A stretch of DNA of 64,000 nucleotides, taken from assembly GCA_963789955.1 (NCBI GenBank), contig CAWBMV010000001.1, positions 352,001 to 416,000 on the forward strand. The letters run 5' to 3'. The translations under genes and the position numbers were made by a program. This DNA is from an uncultured Candidatus Rokubacteria bacterium (GTDB lineage: Bacteria > Methylomirabilota > Methylomirabilia > Rokubacteriales > CSP1-6). This document shows positions 20,474-28,722 of this stretch, one piece after another (the stretch's first letter is position 1; each line of letters begins with the position of its first letter). The notes under the pieces were generated by a model that did no database searches, was not told the origin of the DNA, and saw only the letters and a list, made by a program, of their open reading frames with translations.

Positions 20474-21325
20474 CTAGATCTGCGAGTAGCCGCTGCCCGG
20501 CGTCTCGACGCCCCGGCCGCGCCCATCCGTGATCCAGCCGAACTCTTTCAGGATCTGCTGGCTGTACGTGACGCGTCCGGAGACTCGTTCGATCGGCTCG
20601 GTCGCGAGCAGGAGCGCCGCCTTCGCCATGAGCTCCGGCCCCTCGCCGCGAGGGTCGTCGATGCTCTTGACGAGACGGTGGTAGACGGTGCCTGGTGTCG
20701 GCACGATCTGCGAGGGTGAGACGCACGTCACCGACACGCCGTACTGATAGACCTCGGCGGCGAGGCCCTGCGAGAAGCGCTCGAGCGCCGCCTTTTCCGC
20801 GCCGTAGCACGTGCCGCCGCGCGCCCCGATCGCCGGATCAGGATACGGGCCGCGTCCGGGCCCGATCGCGGCGCCCGACGAGATGTTGACGATCGCGCCC
20901 GTACCACGCGGAATCATCTCGGCGAGCGCCAGCTGGCTCAGCACGAATGGGGCGTGGAAGTTCACGGCCCACGAGCGCAGCCACCGATTCAGCGGGAAGT
21001 CCTTGATCGGCAGGTAGTAGGTGAGCGCCGCGTTGTTGACGAGCACGTCGATGGGGCCGTAGCTCTCACGCGCGGCGCCGATCAGCGTCTCGCACTCGGC
21101 GGGCTCGGCGATGTTGGCGGTGAACGCCCGCGCCTCACCGCCCGCGGCGCGAATCGACGCGACCGTGGTCTCGAGCGAGCCCGCCAGCTGGTGATCGCCC
21201 TCGCGCAGGGTGCGCGCGGCGCAGATCACCCGGCCGCCTTCGGCCGCGAAGAGCCGCGCGATCTCGGCGCCGATGCCGCGCGAGGCGCCCGTCACCACCG
21301 CGACTTTCCCGTCCAGTTTTCCCAT
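20474..21325 (-). CDS. SDR family NAD(P)-dependent oxidoreductase
   Basis: VTGASRGIG, LVNNAA, VNISS, YGAEK (YxxxK). Confidence 0.93.
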   Translation of the reverse strand: MGKLDGKVAVVTGASRGIGAEIARLFAAEGGRVICAARTLREGDHQLAGSLETTVASIRAAGGEARAFTANIAEPAECETLIGAARESYGPIDVLVNNAALTYYLPIKDFPLNRWLRSWAVNFHAPFVLSQLALAEMIPRGTGAIVNISSGAAIGPGRGPYPDPAIGARGGTCYGAEKAALERFSQGLAAEVYQYGVSVTCVSPSQIVPTPGTVYHRLVKSIDDPRGEGPELMAKAALLLATEPIERVSGRVTYSQQILKEFGWITDGRGRGVETPGSGYSQI

Positions 21326-21511
21326 GGCTTTTCGTGGGTCTGTCGATGATTCCGCCAATCAATAACAGCCTCGCCAGGCCTGGCGCAAGCGGCTTTCTTA
21401 CGCGCGCGCCAGGGGATCTTCCGCCGGCCCCGGCCGGGAAAGTCCCGATTGTGACGGATCGGCGACGCGGGCGATCGTGGCTTTCAGGACTACGGAACGA
21501 GGGAGGTCGCC

Positions 21512-21687
21512 ATGACCGTCGTCTGTGCGTGGTGTCAGCGTCAGGGACGGTGACGGTGCTCCGGGAGAAGGAGCCACTCGACTATCCCGGCATCTCGCAC
21601 GGCATCTGCGAGGAGCACGCGGTCGCGTTCATGGCCGAGGTCCGAGCCCAGATCCGCTCGACGCCCCTCGACCGTCGCGCATCGTAA
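21512..21687 (+). CDS. Small putative zinc-binding protein (~58 aa, CAWC...SHGICxxH); one frameshift near 21548
   Basis: GGGAGGT RBS; MTVVCAWCQRQG then VTVLREKEPLDYPGISHGICEEHAVAFMAEVR. Confidence 0.7.
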
Positions 21688-21752
21688 GAAGAGTTCTTTG
21701 TTCGCCCGCCGAAGGCTCGCGCGAGCCCGTCCTGGGATTTCCGCGCGAATGG

Positions 21753-21790
21753 TCAGGTAAACACCTGATGGGAGGGTCAGCATATGACCC
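21753..21790. promoter_or_regulatory. Two adjacent palindromes upstream of the rsb operon
   Basis: TCAGGT-N4-ACCTGA (21753-21768) and GGGTCA-N5-TGACCC (21774-21790). Confidence 0.5.
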
Positions 21791-21868
21791 CCTAGAGTTG
21801 TTCTGTTACCGCACGCGCCCGCGCTCTCGACCCGTGTCGAGCATGTCGCGCAAGGCCAGGAGGACCCG

Positions 21869-22075
21869 ATGAATGGAAGCCAAGATGTGGCATGACGAGG
21901 GAAGAGCTCTTCGCCGAAGCCGCATCCGTCTACGACCCCAGACCCTTGTTAGTATCGGGGTAGACCTGGGGAAGATGAACACGGTCGGCGACTCCAGGGT
22001 GGTATCGAGGAGGCCGAGCGGCTGCTCGGCTACAAGGTCGTCCTGATGCAGGAGCCCACGGCGCATTCCGCCTAA
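21869..22075 (+). pseudogene. rsbR: rsbR remnant with internal deletions
   Basis: GGAGG + ATG (MNGSQDV), short N-domain-like piece MTREELFAEAASVYD, then STAS C-terminus QTLVSIGVDLGKMNTVGD(L)QGGIEEAERLLGYKV...*; canonical position before rsbS. Confidence 0.75.
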
Positions 22076-22087
22076 GGGGACAAGGGC

Positions 22088-22471
22088 GTGCAGGTTCCGA
22101 TCCTCAAGCAGGGCGCCTATCTGATCGCCACGGTGCAGTCGGCGCTGACCGACGAGGACCTCAAGCAGCTGCGCGACACCCTGGTGCTCCAGGTCAGCAA
22201 GGTCCGGGCCCGTGGAGTCATCGTCGACGTCACCGCGCTCGACGTGATCGATTCGTTCGCGACCCGCACCTTGCGGGACGTGGCCTACATGATCCGACTG
22301 CGCGGCGCCGAGACCGTGATCGTCGGCATTCAGCCGGAGGTCGCCTTCTCGATGGTCAAGCTCGGGCTCACCCTGGAGGGCGTCGCGACCTCGCTGGACC
22401 TGGAGGAAGGCCTCGCGTACCTCAACCGCAAAGGCAATGCGCACGCTCAGGAGGTCCGGACTCATCGCTGA
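22088..22471 (+). CDS. rsbS: Stressosome STAS protein RsbS
   Basis: VPILKQG, GVIVDVTALDVIDSF (phospho-Ser motif), RLRGAETVIVGIQPEVA, LDLEEG. Confidence 0.92.
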   Translation: MQVPILKQGAYLIATVQSALTDEDLKQLRDTLVLQVSKVRARGVIVDVTALDVIDSFATRTLRDVAYMIRLRGAETVIVGIQPEVAFSMVKLGLTLEGVATSLDLEEGLAYLNRKGNAHAQEVRTHR

Positions 22472-22865
22472 TGAGGTGCGTGTTTCCATAGATTGTGACT
22501 CCGACGTCGTCTCGGCCCGGCAGAAGGGGCGCGAGCTGGCGTCACAGTGCGGATTTCCGTCCACCGACACGGCCGTCGTCGCCACCGCGATCTCGGAGCT
22601 GGCGCGGAATATCGTCCGCTACGCGGTGCGCGGCGAGATCATACTGCGATTGGTGCAGAACAACGGCAAGCGGGGGATCGAGGTGGTCGCCGCCGACGAC
22701 GGCCCGGGTATCGCCGACATCGGCCTGGCCATGCAGGACGGCTATTCCACCTCGGGCGGTCTGGGCCTCGGGCTGCCCGGCACCCGGCGGCTGATGGACG
22801 ACTTCGAGATCACCTCGGACTACGGGAAGGGCACGACGATCACGGTCCGGCGGTGGCGGCGTTGA
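22437..22865 (+). CDS. rsbT: Ser/Thr kinase RsbT
   Basis: ARQKGRELA, TAISELARNIVRYA, DDGPGI, GYSTSGGLGLGLPGTRRLMDDF. Confidence 0.94.
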   Translation: MRTLRRSGLIADEVRVSIDCDSDVVSARQKGRELASQCGFPSTDTAVVATAISELARNIVRYAVRGEIILRLVQNNGKRGIEVVAADDGPGIADIGLAMQDGYSTSGGLGLGLPGTRRLMDDFEITSDYGKGTTITVRRWRR

Positions 22866-22892
22866 CCATTGCATGCATCGACCTGAGCCTTC

Positions 22893-22978
22893 TGGGCACG
22901 CGGAATCCGATGGACGACTTCGAGATCACGTTCGACCTAAAGGGCACGACGATCACGGTCCGCCGATGGAGACGTTGA
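22893..22978 (+). repeat. Diverged tandem duplicate of the rsbT 3' end
   Basis: GATGGACGACTTCGAGATCAC...AAGGGCACGACGATCACGGTCCG at 22793-22865 and 22909-22978; both encode MDDFEIT..KGTTITVRRWRR*. Confidence 0.9.
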
Positions 22979-23580
22979 TCAACGCGCCGATCGAGTGGGC
23001 CGTCGCCGAGCTCGCCCAGCCGGGCCAGAGCGAGTCCGGCGATCGTCACCTGGTCCTGTCCACCCCGGACGGCGGGCTCGTCGCGGTCGTGGACGGCCTG
23101 GGACACGGCGCTGAAGCCGCGAACGCCGCGAAGGTCGCGGTGAGGGCGCTCGAGCGCGGCGGGGATCGGCCGCTCGCTCAGCTCTTCCGGGACTGCCACC
23201 AGAGCCTGATCGGAACGCGCGGCGCCGTGATCAGCGCCGCGTCGTTCAGCGTCCCCGACGAGACGATGACGTGGCTCGGCGTCGGTAACGTCGAGGGCCG
23301 GCTTCTGCGGGCGCCCGTCTCGGGCGGCCCGCCGCCCGACGCGCTCCTCGTGCGGGGAGGCGTCGTCGGCGTCCGTCTGCCGCCGCTCGTGGCCCGGATC
23401 GCCCGCATCCGTCGGGGCGACATGCTGATCGTCGCGACCGACGGCATCCGCAGCGAGTTTCTGGACGCGGCGCTGCCCTATCAGGAGCCGCAGGCGCTCG
23501 CCGACCACGTGCTGGCGCGGTGGGGCACGCAGGCCGACGACGCCCTCGTCCTTGTTGTGCGCTATCTCGGGGCCGCGTGA
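22966..23580 (+). CDS. rsbX: PP2C/SpoIIE-family phosphatase, RsbX-like
   Basis: ESGD, AVVDGLGHG, GVGNVEG, VATDGI, DDALVLV; position after rsbT. Confidence 0.85.
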   Translation: METLINAPIEWAVAELAQPGQSESGDRHLVLSTPDGGLVAVVDGLGHGAEAANAAKVAVRALERGGDRPLAQLFRDCHQSLIGTRGAVISAASFSVPDETMTWLGVGNVEGRLLRAPVSGGPPPDALLVRGGVVGVRLPPLVARIARIRRGDMLIVATDGIRSEFLDAALPYQEPQALADHVLARWGTQADDALVLVVRYLGAA

Positions 23581-24908
23581 ATCCGGAGCTCCGCGACCTC
23601 GCCAAGCAGTACGCCCGCGCGCTCCAGGAATATGTCGCGGGACGCGGCGAGGCCGCGCTCCAGGAGGCCTGCGACATGGGTCGCAAGGCGCTCAGCGACG
23701 GCGTCGGCGTGCACGACATGGCGGCCATCCAGCATCGCGCCCTCCTGAAGTCGCTCATGCGCGTGCGAACGCGCGAGGAGAGCTCGAGCACGCTCCGTGC
23801 CGCGAGCCGGTTCATCGTCGAGAGCCTCCTGCCGTTCGAGATGTCCCATCGCCGGAGCCAGGAGGTCAACGCCGCCCTGCGCGAGTCAGAGGAGCGGTAC
23901 CGCAGCGTGGTCGACACCGCGCGCGACATCATCTTCACGCTCTCGCCCGACGGCCGGATCCTGTCGATGAATCCGGTCTTCGAGACGGTCACCGGCTGGT
24001 CGCGCACCGAGTGGATCGGCAAGGACTTCTTGCCGCTCGTGCATCCGGACGATCGGCCGCGCGCCGCCGAGATCTACCAGGCCGTGCTCAAGGGGCAGGT
24101 GCCGCCGCTCTTCGAGCTGGGCGTGCGCGCCAAATCCGGCTTTACCATCCCGGGCGAGTTCGTCGCCACGCCGCTGGCGCGCGGCTCGCGCATCGTCGGT
24201 GTGCTGGGCGTCGCGCGCGACATCACCGACCGCAAGCGCGCCGAGCGGGCGCTGCGCCACCTCAACGAAGCGCTGGAGCAAGAGGTCAAGCGGATCGCCC
24301 ACGCGCTGCACGACGAGGCCGGCCAGCTGCTGGCGTCCGTGCACATCGGCCTGGCCGACATCGCCCGTGATCTGCCGGCCCCCGCGGCGCGGCGTCTGGA
24401 GGACGTGCGCGGGCTCCTGGACAAGATCGAGGAGCAACTGCGCCACCTGTCGCACGAGTTGCGTCCGACGATCCTCGACGACCTGGGGCTCGGCCCCGCG
24501 CTCGAGTTCCTGGCCGACGGCGTCTCGAAGCGCACGGGCCTCGCGATCACGGTGGAGGGCTCGCCGGGCAAGCGGCTGCCGGCGCCGGCCGAGACCGCGC
24601 TCTATCGCATCGTCCAGGAGGCGCTGACCAACGTCACGAAGCATGCGCAGGCGACGCGCGTCTACATCAAGTTCATGCGGAATCGCCGCTTCCTGCGCGG
24701 TGTCATCCGCGACGACGGGGTCGGATTCGACGTGCCGGCCGTCCTGACCCGACGGGGCGAGCGCGGTCTCGGGCTCACCGGGATCCGCGAGCGGCTGCAC
24801 GCCGTCGGTGGAACCCTGGACATCATCGCCAGCCCGCGTGGCGGAACTCAATTGATCCTCACCGTACCGGTGGAGGCGGACAATGCCGAATCGGATTCTC
24901 CTCGCTGA
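23577..24908 (+). CDS. Histidine kinase with RsbU N-terminal-like domain + PAS + HisKA_3/HATPase
   Basis: QYARALQEYV...EAALQEACDMGRKALSDGVGVHDMAAIQHRAL (RsbU_N-like); PAS (VHPDDR...RDITDRK); RIAHALHDEAGQ, LRPTILDDLGL, QEALTNVTKHA, DDGVGFD. Confidence 0.88.
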   Translation: MNPELRDLAKQYARALQEYVAGRGEAALQEACDMGRKALSDGVGVHDMAAIQHRALLKSLMRVRTREESSSTLRAASRFIVESLLPFEMSHRRSQEVNAALRESEERYRSVVDTARDIIFTLSPDGRILSMNPVFETVTGWSRTEWIGKDFLPLVHPDDRPRAAEIYQAVLKGQVPPLFELGVRAKSGFTIPGEFVATPLARGSRIVGVLGVARDITDRKRAERALRHLNEALEQEVKRIAHALHDEAGQLLASVHIGLADIARDLPAPAARRLEDVRGLLDKIEEQLRHLSHELRPTILDDLGLGPALEFLADGVSKRTGLAITVEGSPGKRLPAPAETALYRIVQEALTNVTKHAQATRVYIKFMRNRRFLRGVIRDDGVGFDVPAVLTRRGERGLGLTGIRERLHAVGGTLDIIASPRGGTQLILTVPVEADNAESDSPR

Positions 24909-25515
24909 CGACCACGCGATCGTCCGGCAGGGGCTCAAGGCTTTGCTGGAGCGCGAGGGCTTCGCGGTCGTCGCGGAGGCGGGCGACGGGCAGGAGGCGC
25001 TGCGCGAGGCCCGCGAGCGCTGCCCGGACGTCGCCGTCCTCGACTTCTCGATGCCGCTCCTGAACGGGCTCGACGCCGCGCGCGAGATCCTCAAGATCTG
25101 TCCGCGCGCGCGCGCCATCTTGCTCACGATGCACACCGACGATCACTACGTGCTCGAGGCAGTGCGCGCGGGCATCAAGGGCTACGTCGTCAAGACCCAG
25201 GCGTCGGCCGATCTGGTGCGCGCGATCAACGAGGTGCTGCGCGGCATGATGTACTTGAGCCCCGGCATCTCGCACGCCGTGGTCGAGGCCTACCTGGCCA
25301 AGTCGGAAATGCCGGCCGACCCGCTGACCTCGCGCGAGCGCGAAGTGCTCCAGCTGGTCGCGGAGGGCAAGTCGACGAAGGAGATCGCTCGTCTCCTCGG
25401 TATCAGCTTCAAGACCGCCGAGTCACACCGCACGCGGATCATGAAGAAGACCGACATCCACGAGACCGCGGGGCTCGTCCGCTACGCGGTGCGCCGGGGC
25501 CTGATCCAGCCCTGA
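24883..25515 (+). CDS. NarL/FixJ-family response regulator
   Basis: LADDHAIVRQGL, VLDFSMPLLNG, LTSREREVLQLVAEG LuxR HTH. Confidence 0.95.
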   Translation: MPNRILLADDHAIVRQGLKALLEREGFAVVAEAGDGQEALREARERCPDVAVLDFSMPLLNGLDAAREILKICPRARAILLTMHTDDHYVLEAVRAGIKGYVVKTQASADLVRAINEVLRGMMYLSPGISHAVVEAYLAKSEMPADPLTSREREVLQLVAEGKSTKEIARLLGISFKTAESHRTRIMKKTDIHETAGLVRYAVRRGLIQP

Positions 25516-25620
25516 GCGGGCGGCGGCGGGGGTCTGCCCCGCCGCGCCGGGTAATTACCGCCCCCCATATGCGGCGGTTGCCGGATTTGCGTCCTCGGCC
25601 AAGTCCTTAGACTTCCTCTT

Positions 25621-26253
25621 ATGGCCACGCGCGTACTGCTGGCGGACGACCACACGATCGTGCGACAGGGTCTGCGGCTCTTGCTGCAACGCGAGGGATT
25701 CGAGGTGGTGGGCGAGGCGGCCAACGGCGCCGAGGCGGTCCGCCTGGCCACCGAGACCACGCCCGACGTCGTCGTGCTCGACTACGGCATGCCGCTCATG
25801 AACGGCCTCACCGCCGCCCGCGAGATCATGGCGGTCTGCCCGCGCGCCAAGCTGATCTTGTTGACGATGCACTCGGACGATCGGTACGTGCTCGAGGCCG
25901 TGCGCCTGGGCGTCAAGGGCTATGTCGTCAAGAGCCAGGCGCCGACGGATCTGGTGCGGGCGATCCACGAAGTGCTCAACGGCATGATGTACCTGAGCCC
26001 GCGCGTCTCGCGGACGGTGGTCCAGGCGTACCTCGCGAAGTCCGAGCTGCCCCCCGATCCGCTCACGCCGCGTGAGCGCGAGGTCTTGCAGCTGGTCGCG
26101 GCCGGGAAGACCACGAAGGAAGTCGCCGAGCTGCTCGGGATCAGCGTGAAGACCGCGGAGTCCCATCGCACGCACATCATGCAGAAGCTCGACACGTCGA
26201 ACACCGCCGGCGTCGTCCGCTACGCGATCCGCCAGGGTCTGATCCAGGTCTGA
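25621..26253 (+). CDS. NarL/FixJ-family response regulator (paralog)
   Basis: LADDHTIVRQGL, VLDYGMPLMNG, LTPREREVLQLVAAG; 210 aa, colinear with the previous gene. Confidence 0.95.
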   Translation: MATRVLLADDHTIVRQGLRLLLQREGFEVVGEAANGAEAVRLATETTPDVVVLDYGMPLMNGLTAAREIMAVCPRAKLILLTMHSDDRYVLEAVRLGVKGYVVKSQAPTDLVRAIHEVLNGMMYLSPRVSRTVVQAYLAKSELPPDPLTPREREVLQLVAAGKTTKEVAELLGISVKTAESHRTHIMQKLDTSNTAGVVRYAIRQGLIQV

Positions 26254-26277
26254 GCGCCGCGCCGCGGCGCGTTCCGT

Positions 26278-26310
26278 CGTCACACCGCCGTCCGTCACAC
26301 CGCCGTCACA
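26278..26310 (+). repeat. 15-bp direct repeat / triple GTCACA upstream of the EPS cluster
   Basis: CGTCACACCGCCGTC at 26278 and 26293; GTCACA at 26279, 26294, 26305. Confidence 0.7.
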
Positions 26311-26553
26311 TTCTGAACGCATCAAACTCCTCGAGCGCCCTCGAAGTTCCCGGTGCACGCTCGGCGTAAAGGCCTGACCGCTCTCTGCGGGATTTTCCGA
26401 ATGGGCATTCGGGGGTTCGGCGCATTGAGGCGCAGGACCGCAGATCGTACCGTCGTATGTGTGGCTCACGACGTCACGCCCGAAGGACGCCGGTCGCTGA
26501 AGGTTCACGAAATCGCACGGCGCTCACCAGATCACGAAAGGGGACGAATCATC

Positions 26554-27198
26554 ATGATTTTGTACAAGCCCATCGTCGCCTCGATCGTCATGTCGCTGAT
26601 GATCGCCGGCCTCGCGGCCGCGCAGGACCCGGCGAAGCGAGCGCCCGCGCCGGCCGCCGCGGCGGCGCCCACCAACGCCGCTCCGGCGCCGGCCGCGCCC
26701 GCCAACGGCGCGCCCGTGGGCGCGGATTACAAGATCGGCATCGACGACGTGCTCGACATCGCCGTCTGGAACAACACGACGGTGAGCCGCACCGTGCCGG
26801 TCCGGCCCGACGGCAGGATCTCCTTGCCGCTGCTGAACGAGGTGCAGGCGGCCGGGCTCACCCCGTCGCAGCTGCGCGCCTCGCTCATGGCCAAGCTGGT
26901 CGAGTACATGCCGACGCCCGAGGTGTCCGTCATCGTGCGCGAGGTGCACAGCAACAAGATCTCGGTGCTCGGCGAGGTCAGGAAGGCCGGCCGCTACGAG
27001 ATCAGCCAGCGCGCGACGGTGCTCGACGCGGTGGCGCTCGCCGGTGGATTCAACGATTTCGCCCGGCGCACCAAGCTCGTGATCATGCGGCAAGAGGGCA
27101 CCGGGACCAAGCGGATCCCGATCAACTACAACCGCATCGTCGCCGAGGAAGAGGACAACGTGATCCTGCAGCCCGGCGACATCGTGGTGGTGCCGTGA
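26554..27198 (+). CDS. Polysaccharide biosynthesis/export protein (Wza/OPX-like)
   Basis: Signal peptide; YKIGIDDVLDIAVW, VRPDGRISLPLL, VLGEVRKAG, LQPGDIVVVP. Confidence 0.92.
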   Translation: MILYKPIVASIVMSLMIAGLAAAQDPAKRAPAPAAAAAPTNAAPAPAAPANGAPVGADYKIGIDDVLDIAVWNNTTVSRTVPVRPDGRISLPLLNEVQAAGLTPSQLRASLMAKLVEYMPTPEVSVIVREVHSNKISVLGEVRKAGRYEISQRATVLDAVALAGGFNDFARRTKLVIMRQEGTGTKRIPINYNRIVAEEEDNVILQPGDIVVVP

Positions 27199-28712
27199 AC
27201 CTGGCCGCGTTCTCCGCGATCTGGGCTCGTCGGAAGTACCTCGCCCTCGGCGTCCTGGCCGCGACCCTGGCGGCGGCGCTGACGGTCGTCCTGGCCATGC
27301 CCGGCATCTATCGCGCGACCGCCACGGTGCTCGTCGCCCGGCCGGAGATGACGAGCTCGCCGTCGCGCGCCGCGCTCACCGGCGAGCTCGAGGCGCGGTT
27401 GAACCGAATCGGTGAGGAGATCCTGAGCCGCTCCCGGCTCGAGCAGCTCCTGAATCGCTATGACCTCTACGGTCCGCACACCAAGGACGACATGGAGCAG
27501 AGCGTGACGCGCTTCCGCCGTGACGTCCGGGTCGACATGAAGGGCATCGATCCGGTGCAGGGGCGGGGCACCACGATCGCCTTCACCATCACCGTCCGCG
27601 GGCGGGATCCGAAGATGGTGGCGGATGTCGCCAACGAGCTGGCGGCGTTCTACGTAGCGGAGAACTCCACCATCCGTGAGCGGCGCGCCAACGAATCGCT
27701 GCAGGACGTGAAGCGCGAGGTGGACGACGCGCAAGCACGACTCGACGAGCAGGATCGTCGCACCAACGAGTTCAAGCGCCGCAACATGGGCCAGCTCCCC
27801 GAGCAGGTGGCCGCCAACCTGTCGATGCTCGAGCGGCTCAACGCCCAGCTGGCGCTCAACAACCACAACCAGGTCGTTACCATGGAGCGGCGCACCGCGA
27901 TGCGGCGTCCCGGCGACTCGGAGATGCAGGTCGCGGCCTCGCCCGAAGAGGCGCTGCACATGCGCCTCAATCAGCTGAACTTCGACCTCGCGAAGCTCCA
28001 GCGCACCTACAGCGACAAGTATCCGGACGTGATCTTGACGAAGCAGGAGATCGAGAACACCAAGAAGCAGCTCGCGGAGCTCGGCCCGAGCGCCGGAAAG
28101 TCCTCCGCGCCGAAAGCGGCGGCGCCCCCTCGCGCCATGGACAGCGAGCTGGCCGGGCTGAAAGCCGAGGATCAGCGGCTGCGGCAGATGATCGCCGCCT
28201 ACCAGAGCCGGGTCGAGATCGCGCCCGAGCGTGAGCAAGAGCTGCAGCAGCTCTCGCGCGACTACCGCGCGAGCCGCGAGATCTCCGATGCGGCGCTCAA
28301 GCGGTACCACGATGCGCAGGCCGCCGTCGATGTCGAGCGCCGGCGCGCCCGCGAGGAGTTCCAGGTGCTGGAGTCGGCGGTTGCGCCGCGCGAGCCGGCA
28401 GCGCCCAATCGTCCCAAGCTCGTGCTGCTCGGCGTGGCGCTGGCGTGCGCGGCGACCGCCGCGATCGTGATGCTGGCCGAGCAGCTCGACACCTCGTTCC
28501 ACGGCGTCGACGACCTGCGGTCGTTCAGCAAGCTGCCGGTGCTGGTCACGATTCCCGAGATCACGACCCGCGCCGATCGGACGCGGCGGCGCTGGCGCTG
28601 GCGGCTGGCCGCCGGCGCGGGCGTGGTCGGTCTCTTTCTCGTCATCGGCATCGCCTATGTCGGCGCGCACAACGATCTGCTGATCACACTGCTGACGCGA
28701 ACCGGATCCTGA
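27195..28712 (+). CDS. Polysaccharide co-polymerase / chain-length determinant (GumC/Wzc-like)
   Basis: N- and C-terminal TM helices, ILSRSRLE, YSDKYPDV, long coiled coil, PAAPNRP. Confidence 0.9.
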   Translation: MNLAAFSAIWARRKYLALGVLAATLAAALTVVLAMPGIYRATATVLVARPEMTSSPSRAALTGELEARLNRIGEEILSRSRLEQLLNRYDLYGPHTKDDMEQSVTRFRRDVRVDMKGIDPVQGRGTTIAFTITVRGRDPKMVADVANELAAFYVAENSTIRERRANESLQDVKREVDDAQARLDEQDRRTNEFKRRNMGQLPEQVAANLSMLERLNAQLALNNHNQVVTMERRTAMRRPGDSEMQVAASPEEALHMRLNQLNFDLAKLQRTYSDKYPDVILTKQEIENTKKQLAELGPSAGKSSAPKAAAPPRAMDSELAGLKAEDQRLRQMIAAYQSRVEIAPEREQELQQLSRDYRASREISDAALKRYHDAQAAVDVERRRAREEFQVLESAVAPREPAAPNRPKLVLLGVALACAATAAIVMLAEQLDTSFHGVDDLRSFSKLPVLVTIPEITTRADRTRRRWRWRLAAGAGVVGLFLVIGIAYVGAHNDLLITLLTRTGS

Positions 28713-28722
28713 GGACACGACC

